Shown here: positions 24,837-36,152 of the stretch, piece after piece | Position numbering within the stretch: position 1 is the stretch's first letter | Layout: every line of letters starts with the position of its first letter | From: Blepharisma stoltei ATCC 30299 | Taxonomy: Eukaryota; Protista; Ciliophora | Reading direction: 5' to 3' | Assembly: GCA_965603825.1 (NCBI GenBank) | Contig: CBFDEM010000051.1 | Span: forward strand, 558,001 to 622,000 | Length of the DNA: 64,000 bases | Notes under the pieces: model-generated | The model's input: only the letters and a program-made list of their open reading frames with translations | The model's database searches: none | What the model was told of the DNA's origin: nothing | Made by a program: the position numbers and the translations under genes

Positions 24837-25259
24837 CATTAGCTTCTCCATTAATTTGGCATTTGACACTTAAAATTCTTAAGTGGGGGAAGTATTGATT
24901 ATTTAAACAACGAGCTTATTATAATAGTTATTTGCGAGCTGAATTTATTATGCTCTAATTTGCATTATATAGCTGCTTATTTTCAGAAGTTTCTATCCCC
25001 TGACTTTTAAAAATCAAGATCCCTAATAATTAACTATAATTTAAAACTGATATAAAATTAACTTTACTAAAATAAAGGTTTTCATTGGTTTAACTTATTT
25101 TTCTTGAATTTTTATACTCTCTGACTGAAGCTTTTCTAAAAATATGATCTCTTTTAAGAATAATAGGCTTAATTTTGAATATTTTTTAATGTTTAAATAA
25201 TTATCAATATTAATATCTGCATAAATTATAAACAAAAGCAATGTTTATTTCTATAATTA

Positions 25260-26315
25260 ATGGAAGCAAAAAGACAAGAAATGAAGTTAGCACTTATTGG
25301 CATGGGATTTGAGGAAAGTAAGGTTGATAATGTGTTAATGCTAACAGATGACTTTGAAGACGCAGTCACTTATTTGACTGAAGGCATCAATGCCAATCAA
25401 ATAGCTCTTTCTATAAAAAACAACATTATTTCTCAGCTCAAAGAAATGGGATTCTCTTCAGACATTGCAAACATGGCTGCAGAACGATACAAAATAATTA
25501 GAGAAGCAGCAGAGTTTGCTACCAACGCTTCCATGTGAGATCTTCAAGGCGATAGGCCTCAATACAACCTTCGTCCAATCATACCTCCTCCTCTTCCCGC
25601 TCCGCTTCCCAACACTAAGCAGAGAATTGTGGACCAACTCAGAGAGTTCGGTTTTGACAATGCCAAAGCTCAAGAAATCTCGAATAAATTCAACAATTAT
25701 GAGGAAGCAATAGAATATGCTACTAGCACAATACACTTAAACCAAGCACCTCAGCCCCCACAAATAGAGCCAGAACCGAATCCACAAGAATACGAAGACC
25801 CTGAAAACGAGCTTGATATAAGAGACATTAGTATTAACCTTTACCGCTCAGGGATTCCTGCTGAGGAAGCATTTGCAAGGATATTGCAGTGGCTTGGGAA
25901 TGAATATGTGGAAGATCATCAAATTGTGGAAGTTCCTCATCCATTCCCATCACGAACAATTGCTCGAAGAGACTTTTATGGTCAAAATCCCCAAGCTCAA
26001 TCTATATATATATCTCCAGAGTCAATCAATATTGAAGGAAGAAAAATTCGAGGAACGTCAAGAGAAGAAATTATCGACATTCTTGGAGAGCTGTACCCTC
26101 CCAAAGGAGCTTCAGAAGAAGCTAAGAGCAAAATTTCAGAAATTTTGTACAGAAATTCGATGAGTCAAAAGGAATGCGTAATTTGTCAAGAAGATTTTAA
26201 GCACAATGATCGGCTATTTCAATTGCCCTGCTCTCACATTTACCATAAGAAATGCATAACTAAGTGGCTCGCAATGAGCGAAGCTTGTCCAGTTGATAAC
26301 CTTAAAATTGAGTAA
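25260..26315 (+). CDS. Triple-UBA + RING-H2 ubiquitin ligase
   Basis: UBA motifs LIGMGF, LKEMGF and LREFGF; joined via TGA 25536; C-terminal CVICQEDF..LPCSHIYHKKCITKWL..CPV. Confidence 0.85.
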
Positions 26316-26318
26316 TAA

Positions 26319-27782
26319 ATGAAATTATTAAGAAATCTTCGAAAAATCTCAACTTTTCAAATCCCTGAAAGAGGTCATTATAAACTCTTAGACAATAAAG
26401 ATATTGATTTCTTTTCAAGCATCCTTCCTAGCCACTCAATCCTAACCAAAGATCTTGATGCCTATAATACAGATTGGCTGCGTTTTCATAAAGGCAATTC
26501 CAGCATTGTCCTAAAGCCAAAAACTACAGAGGAAGTAAAATCTATTTTGGAATACTGCAATAAAGAAAAAATCGCGATTGTTCCACAAGGAGGAAATACT
26601 GGCCAAGTGATCGGAAGTGTTCCTATATATGATGAAGTAATTCTTTCATTGCAAAACATGAACCGAATCTTGAAAATCGATTCTTCACAAGGAGTGGTTT
26701 GGACTGAAGCGGGGGTTATTTTGGAATATTTGAATAGCTTCTGTGAGGAGCATGGATGGATTGTGCCATTAGATTTAGCATCGAAAGGGTCTTGCTTTAT
26801 TGGAGGAAATGTAGCAACTTGTGCTGGTGGGGTAAGGTATATTAGATATGGGTCATTGCATGGGAATGTGCTTGGTCTGGAAGCTGTTTTGCCGACAGGT
26901 GAAATTTTATCTGATTTAAAGGGGTTGCGGAAAGACAATACAGGCTATGACTATAAGCAATTATTCATTGGCTCAGAAGGCACTTTAGGAGTCATCACAA
27001 AAATTGCTCTGCTATTAGCTCCTAAGCCTATATCCCAGCAGGTAGCAATGATTTCCTGCAAAAGCTACGAAAATGTCTTGCAGCTCTTAAAAGATGCTAA
27101 GCAAGGGATCGGTGAAATTCTCTCTGCTTTTGAGATGATGGACAGCTACATTTATTCTCTGCTTTTAAAGCACACTCCACGTACAAGAAACCCATTTACA
27201 GCAGACTCAGAATTTTATGTTTTAATTGAAACCTCTGGGAGCAATAAAGACCATGATATTGAAAAGTTGCAGGCTTATTTGGAAAATGGGCTAAAGAATA
27301 ATGTGATTACTGATGCAGTTCTAGCCCTAGATCAGGAGCAGGCTAACAATTTCTGGAGAATTAGAGAAGGTACAGCAACTGCAACAAAAAGTGAGGGTTA
27401 TGTCTTTAAATATGATTTAAGTCTATCAATTGCAAAAATGTATGATTTGGTAAGAAAAACAAGGGAAAGAGTAGGCAGTTTAGGATATACAGTAGGCTAT
27501 GGGCACGTTGGGGATGGAAACTTACATTTGGTAGTGTCAACCAATGAGAAAGAAAAAGCTCATAGGATTTTGGAACCTTGGATATATGAGCAGATACAAG
27601 AATTAAAAGGAAGTGTAAGTGCAGAGCATGGAATTGGGTTGTTAAAAGCTTCGAAGTTAAAATACACAAAAAGTAAAGTGATGATTGAAAACATGGTAAA
27701 TTTTATATAGAAACTCATGAAAAACATTTTCGATCCTAATGGAATCATGAATCCATATAAAGTCCTTAATAATAGTAATTAA
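26319..27782 (+). CDS. D2HGDH: D-2-hydroxyglutarate dehydrogenase, mitochondrial
   Basis: PQGGNTG, LRKDNTGYD, GSEGTLG, GHVGDGNLH, SAEHGIG; after the 15-nt intron it ends FDPNGIMNPYKVL. Confidence 0.93.
27696..27710 (+). other. 15-nt spliceosomal intron
   Basis: GTAAATTTTATATAG; removal restores the conserved D2HGDH C-terminus. Confidence 0.92.
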
Positions 27783-27787
27783 TATAA

Positions 27788-28174
27788 ATGACAAAAAAGT
27801 CAAATTGGATGAAACCAGAACGAGGGGTAATGTTCCTTAAAACTTTAGCATTAAGCTATTCAAGCTTCCTGCTGTTTTCCTTCACTAGCACATGTCAAAC
27901 GGCCTCATGACTTTATTACTTGTGAATGATGTTTTTAGTGGAAATTTCGCTAGGACTTGTTTCAGAATTAATTACTCGCACACAGAAATTTATCAAAAAT
28001 TTTATTTTAATTATTCAAGTTTTGGAGTTTATTTGGCAGCTGATAGGGATTTATTTGACAATTAGTTCAACTTGTCAAGATGAAATGCAAAATGGAATTC
28101 GAATTTTGCTCTGTTGTTTTGGGCTTTCAACACTTATTTTATTCATAGGGATGGTAAGAGCTTTATTTAATTAA
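27788..28174 (+). CDS. Small multi-pass membrane protein
   Basis: ATG 27788 is in frame with ORF 27926..28174 via TGA at 27908 and 27923; about four hydrophobic segments. Confidence 0.6.
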
Positions 28175-28185
28175 TATAAGTTAAT

Positions 28186-28851
28186 TTAAGGACCACAGTT
28201 TTGAACTATACGGCTTGGGTTGAAGATGTCAAAACAAAAATAATGCATCATCACAAAATAATATATGACTGAAAACAGCATAAGATTTAACGCAGCATGC
28301 ATCATAATGATCCATCTAGATTTAACCATGCTGTGGTAGCCTGATAAAAAGTCATTGTTGTAAACCATGAACCGAATTTTGCTATCATATCTATGTTTCC
28401 TAAGTTTTAAATTGTGTAGGACATCTCTATGCAAATTGAAGGAATACAGCTGATTTTCTTCGACTTCATAAAAGAGATATGATGATGAACTCTGGTTGCA
28501 TAATAAAGGGTTATAAATCATTTTCGCTAATGGGTCTTCGATTTTGCGATGATTTGAATTAAAAATGCATAAGGCAGATTCGTGAAAAATTATTGCTAAA
28601 ATATTCCCAAACAGTGACAGCAAATTTATATATGGGATGACATATAATACAATGAGAAAAATCGGGTATTTGCATTGCATAGCATATCAAAATTTATATA
28701 GGACACTATTTGGAGCCTTCGCTAAATATTTCTCGTTTTCTCTGTTAACTGGGTCGTTGTATTGCTGGATAACAATATTATACTGTGATATAGGGTCATT
28801 ATCGCCTTTAATCTGCACTTTCAATTGAGAAAATCTCATTGTCCTTATCAT
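28186..28851 (-). CDS. Hypothetical membrane protein
   Basis: ATG 28851 is in frame with ORF 28186..28680 via TGA at 28687; hydrophobic segments. Confidence 0.6.
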
Positions 28852-28881
28852 TTTTAATCTATTATAAAGAATTATTAAGCC

Positions 28882-29517
28882 CTAGCAGCATCCTGACTTT
28901 TTCTGGTATTTCACAACACTTTTGGGGACGATTTTTAGAGGTGCAGCGTTATCTTTTTTGAATTCATCAGTTTGTTTCATATACAGCACCTCAGCAACTT
29001 TAAGAAAAACCCTAAATAGCTCACTTACCTCGTCAACATTTTGCGCAGTTTTAGCTGAAGCTTCAGTTCCTCCATCCAATCTGTTTTCTCTGACAAATTT
29101 GTCCAATTCTTCTGGAGAGACCTCTCTTTCCTCATCAGCTAAATCAATCATATTACCTACACAGTAAATTGTTATGTCAGGGTCAGAGTTTTGCTTGATT
29201 TCTCTCAACCACTCATATAAGTTAATAAAACTTTCTTTATGAGTCAAATCATACATTAGAACGACACCATTTGCATTTCGGTAAAAACTCCGCGTTATTG
29301 ACCTAAAAGATTCTTGTCCTGCAGTATCCCAAATTTGTAATTTTATTTTTTTATCGCCAAGCCTTATTATTTTAGCGCTGAATTCCACACCAATAGTGAC
29401 GCTGTGATCTTTAGTAAAGTTCCCTTCAGTAAATTGCAATAAAAAGCAAGACTTTCCCACTCCGGAATCTCCAATAATTAAAATCTTAAACAAAGCATCA
29501 GGGACTTCTAAATCCAT
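28882..29517 (-). CDS. Rab GTPase (Rab2/4/14-like)
   Basis: GDSGVGKS, TIGVEF, WDTAGQESFRSITRSFYR, ASAK, terminal CC; contains an intron-like insertion VSELFR. Confidence 0.92.
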   Translation of the reverse strand: MDLEVPDALFKILIIGDSGVGKSCFLLQFTEGNFTKDHSVTIGVEFSAKIIRLGDKKIKLQIWDTAGQESFRSITRSFYRNANGVVLMYDLTHKESFINLYEWLREIKQNSDPDITIYCVGNMIDLADEEREVSPEELDKFVRENRLDGGTEASAKTAQNVDEVSELFRVFLKVAEVLYMKQTDEFKKDNAAPLKIVPKSVVKYQKKSGCC

Positions 29518-29525
29518 TTTATTAA

Positions 29526-31361
29526 TTATCTGCCTTGAACTAAAGTCTGCAAATAAGCTGCGACAACGCTATCAAGCTCATTCCTATACATTTTCTTTAT
29601 TTCGTCTGACAGCTCTGCGATTATTTTGAGCCTTAAGTCTCTCTTTGTGGAGGTCAAATTTACAAGTGCTTTGGCAGCCATTCTTTGTCCATCAATATTG
29701 CTGTCTCTTAATAGATAAATTAAAGTATTGATCCCTCCGCAGTACTCAATTTGAGGTTTAAGGTAATCTCTTAATGATAAGCCTGCTAGACATGCTGCAG
29801 CTGCATTTCTGTAGTCGCTTGAAGCTTTATCTGAAGTGCAAGCACCTATGAAAAACCTGATATGATTTTCAAAAATTGCATCAGGGACCTGAGATTCTCC
29901 TGGATCAGCAAGTGTTGCGAGTGCTCTCATTCCGACTTCATTGATTCTTTGGTATGGTGACAAGGAAACTGCAATTAAAGATGGTATATCAAGAGTCCTT
30001 TTTCCAAGCTTTAATAGCTGCTCAAGAAGATCAATGACAGCGATTTGAAGCTTTGAGGAGACTTCGTTATAAGCTTTGACGAGTCGAGAAAGGCCATTTT
30101 GTTGAGCTGCATCTTCTGCCCTTGCACGGGTTATTCTGGTGCTTAGTCCTTTTAGTAATTGGTATTGCAAATTTTCATAATTAGCAGGGACTGGGATTTC
30201 TATCAGCCCGAAAAGCTTTAAAAACAGATCAGAATTTTCAAGGGAGATGTCAAGAGCCTCATCCATAACAGTCTCTAAGTTATGCAAGCCGAAACAGATC
30301 ATTTCAAGAGTGTTAGAAGGAGAAAGCATCTCTATGTAGTCAGCAATCATTCTTCCCATTTCAGTTTCAGGAAGACGTGTTTGGTAGCCTCTGTTTTGGT
30401 CTCTAGAGTCGAAACGAGGAGGTTGGCTAGGGTTCTGGGACTGGATTTTAGCTTCATAGCGGTTTGGGTTAGGGGCTGGATCTTGATGTCTCTCTCTTGA
30501 TTGGCCTTTTAATAAAGATTCTCTTTTTGCCTGAGCAGGCACGGGTTCTGAAATATTCTGCTGCTCCCATCTTGGTTCTTCTCTTCTCGCAGGAGCTTCA
30601 TAGGCTTCTCCTTTGCTTAAAGCTGCAATAATTCTAGTTAATTTCGCTTTTCCTGTGGTATTCAGACCCCTAGTAGCATTCATTAATTTAGCCATAATCG
30701 TTTGAGTTTTAAAGCTAGACGTAAAAAGTCTGCTTCTCATGCAGATTTCTAAAATATCGATAACTGCTTGCTGGACAATGCTATCTCTATCCATAAGCTC
30801 CATAACTCAGTATTGTAATACAGTAATTAGCATACTGAGAAGGTTGCTATAAGAGCGGTCGTCTAATAATCTTACTGTTCCTTCATGAATTCCTTTTGTC
30901 AAAATGGTACATACACTATGCAATGTTGCAGGGTTTTGGGTAAAACCTAGTGGGAGGATACTTAAAATCAATTCTTCTGGAGGCTGGTGGGCTACAACAG
31001 CGGCTTCTGACAATTTGCCAACAATGTTTTCTTGAATTGTAGAGAGCATTGATAATAACTCATGAGTATCATGAGCTGATATAAAACCAGGCCCATTTTC
31101 ATCAGGAACTGCTACAATTCTATCATCGTTCTTCAATAAATCCCCTACAAAAGAAGTGTTAGATAAGCTGTAACCGTATTGATCATCAACTTTTCCACAA
31201 ATGAATGGCCTTTCAATTGGAAAAAGCTCAGTGAATTCTTGCTCAATCTTCCTTTTGAGCATTGAGATTTTAACAGTAGTCTCAACCATAAGAATAAGCT
31301 TCTTGTACTCAATTTGTGAATCTGAGTGTTTTAATAAGGTCACATATAATCGAATACTCAT
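29526..31361 (-). CDS. Armadillo-repeat protein with ubiquitin-like-fold N-terminus
   Basis: Joined via TGA 30807; ARM-like GGINTLIYLL..AAKALVNL. Confidence 0.7.
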
Positions 31362-31747
31362 TTTAAATGCAATACAAACTCATTTATATAAAAGAAAATT
31401 ATATATTGTCATAGGACAACTCTTCAAATTTCTATAGGTTTTTAGCATCTAAAATTGGCAAGAAACTGTGTAAGATAGATTTGAGATAAAAAAAATATTT
31501 AGATTTTCCCGACATGTTCATAATTTCAAAAAATCTACAAACCCAATTTTGAATTTAACTATTTTCAACTTTGCAATATGTTGCAAAAATTATTAAACCT
31601 ATTTATTATAATTAAAGGCTATAACTATCGATATCATGGCTTTGCTTTTCTTTTTTGAATTATAGTTGAACCTATAGCACGCCATTATTGTCCTCACTTC
31701 TGAAATTTAGACCTAAAAATAAATCTTATAACTGGAAATAAAGTAAA

Positions 31748-34441
31748 ATGGGTGTCTGCATGACAATTAATAGAACTCTAGGCAATACTTCAATTTCCAA
31801 GCGACAAATATTAAGTACCGCAATCAACCTTCCAGAAGAAGAAAAAAAGCAAGCTGATAATTTTTATCTAAAGGTTGGCGAACGAAAAAAAGTGAAAAAG
31901 AAAGGACCAATCGGAGACATGAGATCAGAAGTAGACTACACAGTAGATGCCCCATCTGCACAAATTGCTGATAAACCTAAAAACTTAAGGGACTGTGAAA
32001 ATATTCGAGCTTCCTTAGGGCGTCACTTCATTTTCAATAGTTTAACAGATGAGCAGCGTGAAGTCATTATAGACCAAATGAAACATTACACATTGGGCCC
32101 AAATGCAATTATTTTCGAACAAGCCCAGCCAGGAAACAACTTTTTCGTTGTGTGTACAGGAAAATTAGAAGTATTAATAAACAATAAAAGAGTAAATGTC
32201 CTCAGACAAGGCGACAGCTTTGGGGAGCTTGCTCTTCTGCATGATACGCCCAGAAGTGCAACTGTAAAAACTATGGAAAGAAGTACGCTATGAGGAGTTG
32301 ATAGAAAAACTTTCAGGTCTGCTGTAGAAGGCATAAACTCTTTGAATTATCAAGAAAATTTGCAATTTATTGAAAGTATCCCAATTTTTAAAATTTTGAC
32401 ACCTCAGCAAAAAGACTCCTTGGTTAGCTCTTTGTCAATACACAATTTCAATCCTCAGCAGAAAATCGTGAATGAAGGTGACCCTGGCGATTTGTGCTAT
32501 ATAATTAAAGAAGGAACAGTGACTTGTAGCAAAGATGGAGTAGAAATAAGAACAATGGGAAAGGGTGATTACTTCGGTGAACAGTCTTTATTGAATAATT
32601 GTTTAAGGACTGCAAGCATAACTGCTAGTTCACCAGTCAAGTGCTTAGCCATTGGCAGAGAAAATTTAACCAAAGTCCTTGGAAACAAGCTACAGCAGAT
32701 AATTTATATTAACTCACAAAGAATTGCGCTAGAGAAAAGTCCTCATTTTGCTCGCTTAACAAAGGAACAGATAGAAAATATTATAAAGCATATCAAGATA
32801 TTCACTTTTTTGAATGGGCAAACTGTAAATAGCTCAGAAAACGAAAAAGGGAAATTATTGTGAATTTTATTAAAAGGATCACTCCGAAACCAAGAAGGAG
32901 AAACCTTATATCGTGATCTGGTTTGCTTTGGAGATTCAGAAATTGTTAAAGAGCCTGAAGAAGCCAACTATGAAGAAATATTTGCAGTCGGGGACGTTGT
33001 GATTGGAGTTGCGACACGAGCTGATTTTGAGTCAGCAATTGGAGGCCCATTCCACGAAGTCATCGTAAAAAATGACGCTTTATACGTACTTAAAAAAGTA
33101 AACATTTTCAGAGAGCTGCCTAACGATAAAATATTTTCTCTGCTAAATGAGCTAAAAATTGAAGACTTCGAAGACCACCAAGTTATTTTCAGAGAAAATG
33201 ACCCTGGAGATTCCTTTTTTATTGTGAAAAATGGAAAAGTGGATGTAATGAAAAATAATGTATATATCAGGACTATCACAAAGCATGACTATTTTGGAGA
33301 AAGGTCAATTCTCTTCAATGAAACAAGAACCGCTACTATTACGGCTAAAGGGAACGTTTCGTGTTGGGTGCTTCATCAGCAGGACTTTCTGAGTGCTATA
33401 GACGACAAAATTAGAAACCTTTTGTTAAAGAGAATTCAGCTTCAGGACAACAAGGTTCAGCTTGATGATTTATATATGATAAGAACGCTTGGGAAAGGCA
33501 TGTTTGGGATTGTGTTTTTAGTAATGCATAGGGATAAGCAAACAAACTATGCACTTAAAACTGTTTCACGTAAAAAAATCGACAGATTCAATATCCAAGA
33601 AAATTTGGTGCTTGAGAGAAAAGTGCTGATGCAGCTTGATCATATTATGATCTTAAAGCTCATCAAAACCTTTAAAGATGCAAAAAGAATTTATTTCTTA
33701 ACAGAATATGTAAAAGGTCAAGATCTATTTGACGTACTTCGGCAGATGGGAATAGTAAGCGAGAGAGACTCAAGATTTTATTTTGCGTGTCTTGTAGCCA
33801 TACTAGAACATCTCCATGAAAGAGATATTATTTATCGAGATCTGAAACCTGAAAATGTCATGATTGACGAAGATGGCTATCCAAAGTTAATTGACTTTGG
33901 AACAGCCAAAATTGTCCAAGGAAGGACTTATACAGTTGTTGGGACTCCTCATTATATGGCTCCAGAAATAGTTACTGGGAAAGGGTATGGTATTGCAGCT
34001 GACTACTGGAGCTTGGGAATAATGCTTTACGAATTTTTATGCGGAGGCGTTCCTTTTGCAGAAAATGAGGAAGATCCTTGTAAAGTATATGAAAAGGTCC
34101 AAGCACATGTAATTGAATGGCCGTCTTGGGTTGATCAAAATTTATCTGCAAGGCCTCTTATAGAGCAGCTTTTAAGCAGAAACCCCTCATTAAGAAATGG
34201 AGGAAGTATAGAAAAATTGAAAGCAAACCCATGACTAAGTCCTATGAATTGGGAAAAACTGTTAAGCAAACAATTAATACCTCCATTTGTTCCTCCATCA
34301 GATGAAATGGGGATGGATCGATTTTTAGCTAACGTCCCTATGGATGAATTCATTTCAGCAGAAGAAGAAAGCACAGAAATTCCAAAAGGACCCAAAAGAC
34401 GCAAAGCTCAAGTTAGTCCTAATTGGGATGCAGATTTTTAG
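31748..34441 (+). CDS. PKG: cGMP-dependent protein kinase (four cyclic-nucleotide-binding domains, one degenerate)
   Basis: Joined via TGA at 32291 (TL-W-GVDR), 32861 and 34232 (NP-W-L); FGELALL..PRSAT, FGE..RTAS, FGERS..RTAT; kinase RDLKPEN, DFG, GTPHYMAPE; MGVC N-terminus. Confidence 0.92.
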
Positions 34442-34496
34442 AAGAAGATTTAAAGTTTGACATCAATTCGTTATCATTACTATTAAATCTGGAGGC

Positions 34497-35273
34497 TTAA
34501 CATTCATGAGCACTCAACATTTTCATCTAAATAAAAAGTACCTTTGTAATATTTCTAATATCATCTCTTCTTTTTTCATGAGGAGCTACATAATTGTTCT
34601 TTCTGTAGTCATGGGAAGCCTTGACGACCTCAAAATCTTTTTGAGGTGGGTTTAAATTTAATTTTCTCCCTTCTCGAGTATTTAAGGTATTTGAACGCAA
34701 AAAGGCATTTGACTTCCATTCTCGCTGCCTCTGATTAAATAATGCAACAGGATCGCTCTTTTTCTTTTTAGTTGTTATTGGAGTCGCGAAAAATGAAGGC
34801 GTTTTGGGGAATTTTGCACTTTGAGGGCGATATATTTGAGGCTTAGCGGTGTGTGGCCTTTGTGGCGCTTCTTGAGCTTTTTCAACTCTGACTGGAGGGC
34901 CTAATTGGTTTTTCTTTTTTCTGATTTCTTCAAGGCGCTTTCGAATTTTTTCTCTTGTGTCTTCTTCTTCTTCCTCACTTAGCTCTTCATCTTCACTTTC
35001 TGCTTCTCTTATATCTTCCCTTCCTGAATTTTCCTCTTGATCCTCATCCTGCTCTTCTCCTTCTTCCTCCTCACTTTCTGAATGGTACGATGGCTCTCGC
35101 TTGTATCTTGAAGGCAAATAATCCTCTTCTTCCTCTTCATCTTGCCTATAGTCAGGATTTTCCTTATTTTCCTCTATTTCTTCTTGCAATTTTTTTGAAT
35201 TCCTGTATTGGTTATTTTCTTCCTTTAGCTTTTGAAGTAGGCGGTCGATATCTCCAATTCGCTTATTTTCCAT
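34497..35273 (-). CDS. HYLS1-like basal body protein
   Basis: Acidic N-half; C-terminal KSDPVALF..QREW and YVAPHEKRRDDIR resemble the HYLS1 box; one 15-nt intron. Confidence 0.55.
34527..34541 (-). other. 15-nt spliceosomal intron
   Basis: GTACTTTTTATTTAG; A at position 10. Confidence 0.75.
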
Positions 35274-35284
35274 TTAAATTAATA

Positions 35285-36052
35285 TTACTTCCCATAATGT
35301 ACAACAGGTATATACACAAAATCTTCCATTGAATGAGAGTAGTGATGCTGAGAAGATTTCAATGGAATTCGAGTCGCCTTAATGGGAGCTTTATAAGGAT
35401 TTTCCCTTGAGAGAGACTTAATGCTTCCTTTTGTCTGGGTATTTCTAAATAACCCTTACTTAAGAGGAGTTCTGTCAGGTGACCTTGATCTGATCACATA
35501 GACTGGTGTTCTAGACCTAACGGCGTCGCTTTTCGTCCTCAAATGTGTAGGTATTCTTTTTGGCGAAATTTGTTTGGAACTGGTTCTTTTTAAAATCTCT
35601 GAGTTTGTATTTTCGTATGCTAATGCATAATTTTTTCTACATATTCTATACATTTTCTTATAGCTGGTATTGCTAACTCTGCTTTTCGATTTTGGATATA
35701 TCGTCATAGAATCGTTTTGTGACTTAAGCCCTTTATGAATTATTGGAAGTGACTTCTCTAATGTCAAGCGCTGCTTGATAGGAGTAGGATAAAAGGACTG
35801 CAATGGTCTTTGCATGCTTGTTGATGATCTTTTTCGGCTTTGGCTTGCACCTTGCTGCCGAGGAAATACATAATGAGAATTAACTTTCGATTTCCTGTAT
35901 TTAGATTCTATTTCCTCTCTGATTGATTCATCAATATCAGAATTATAAGGAGTTTCCTGAAGAAAAGTATTGTCACACACTGAGCTCAAAGAGCTAACTG
36001 TGCTTTGAAGCCTATCAGTGATTTCTTGATTCATTGTTCGAACTTGCTCCAT
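35285..36052 (-). CDS. Hypothetical basic S/R-rich protein
   Basis: ORF extends to TAA 35285 after removing intron 35445-35459. Confidence 0.65.
35445..35459 (-). other. 15-nt spliceosomal intron
   Basis: GTAAGGGTTATTTAG; A at position 10; removes in-frame TAA. Confidence 0.8.
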
Positions 36053-36152
36053 TTTAGAAATGTTAAACTTTCAGTTGTATTTTCATTATAAAGTATTTTG
36101 AGCTTATAGATACAGGTAAAACTTGGGTTATTCAAATTAAAGGGGGCTTAAA

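Noticed and set aside
24695-24958. Small plus-strand hydrophobic ORF upstream of ACSBG
   Set aside because: No family motif, and it overlaps the antisense of the ACSBG relic; not supportable as a gene
26832-26845. GTAAGGTATATTAG intron-like string in D2HGDH
   Set aside because: Only 14 nt, and it encodes the conserved AGGVRYIRYG motif, so it must stay in the mRNA
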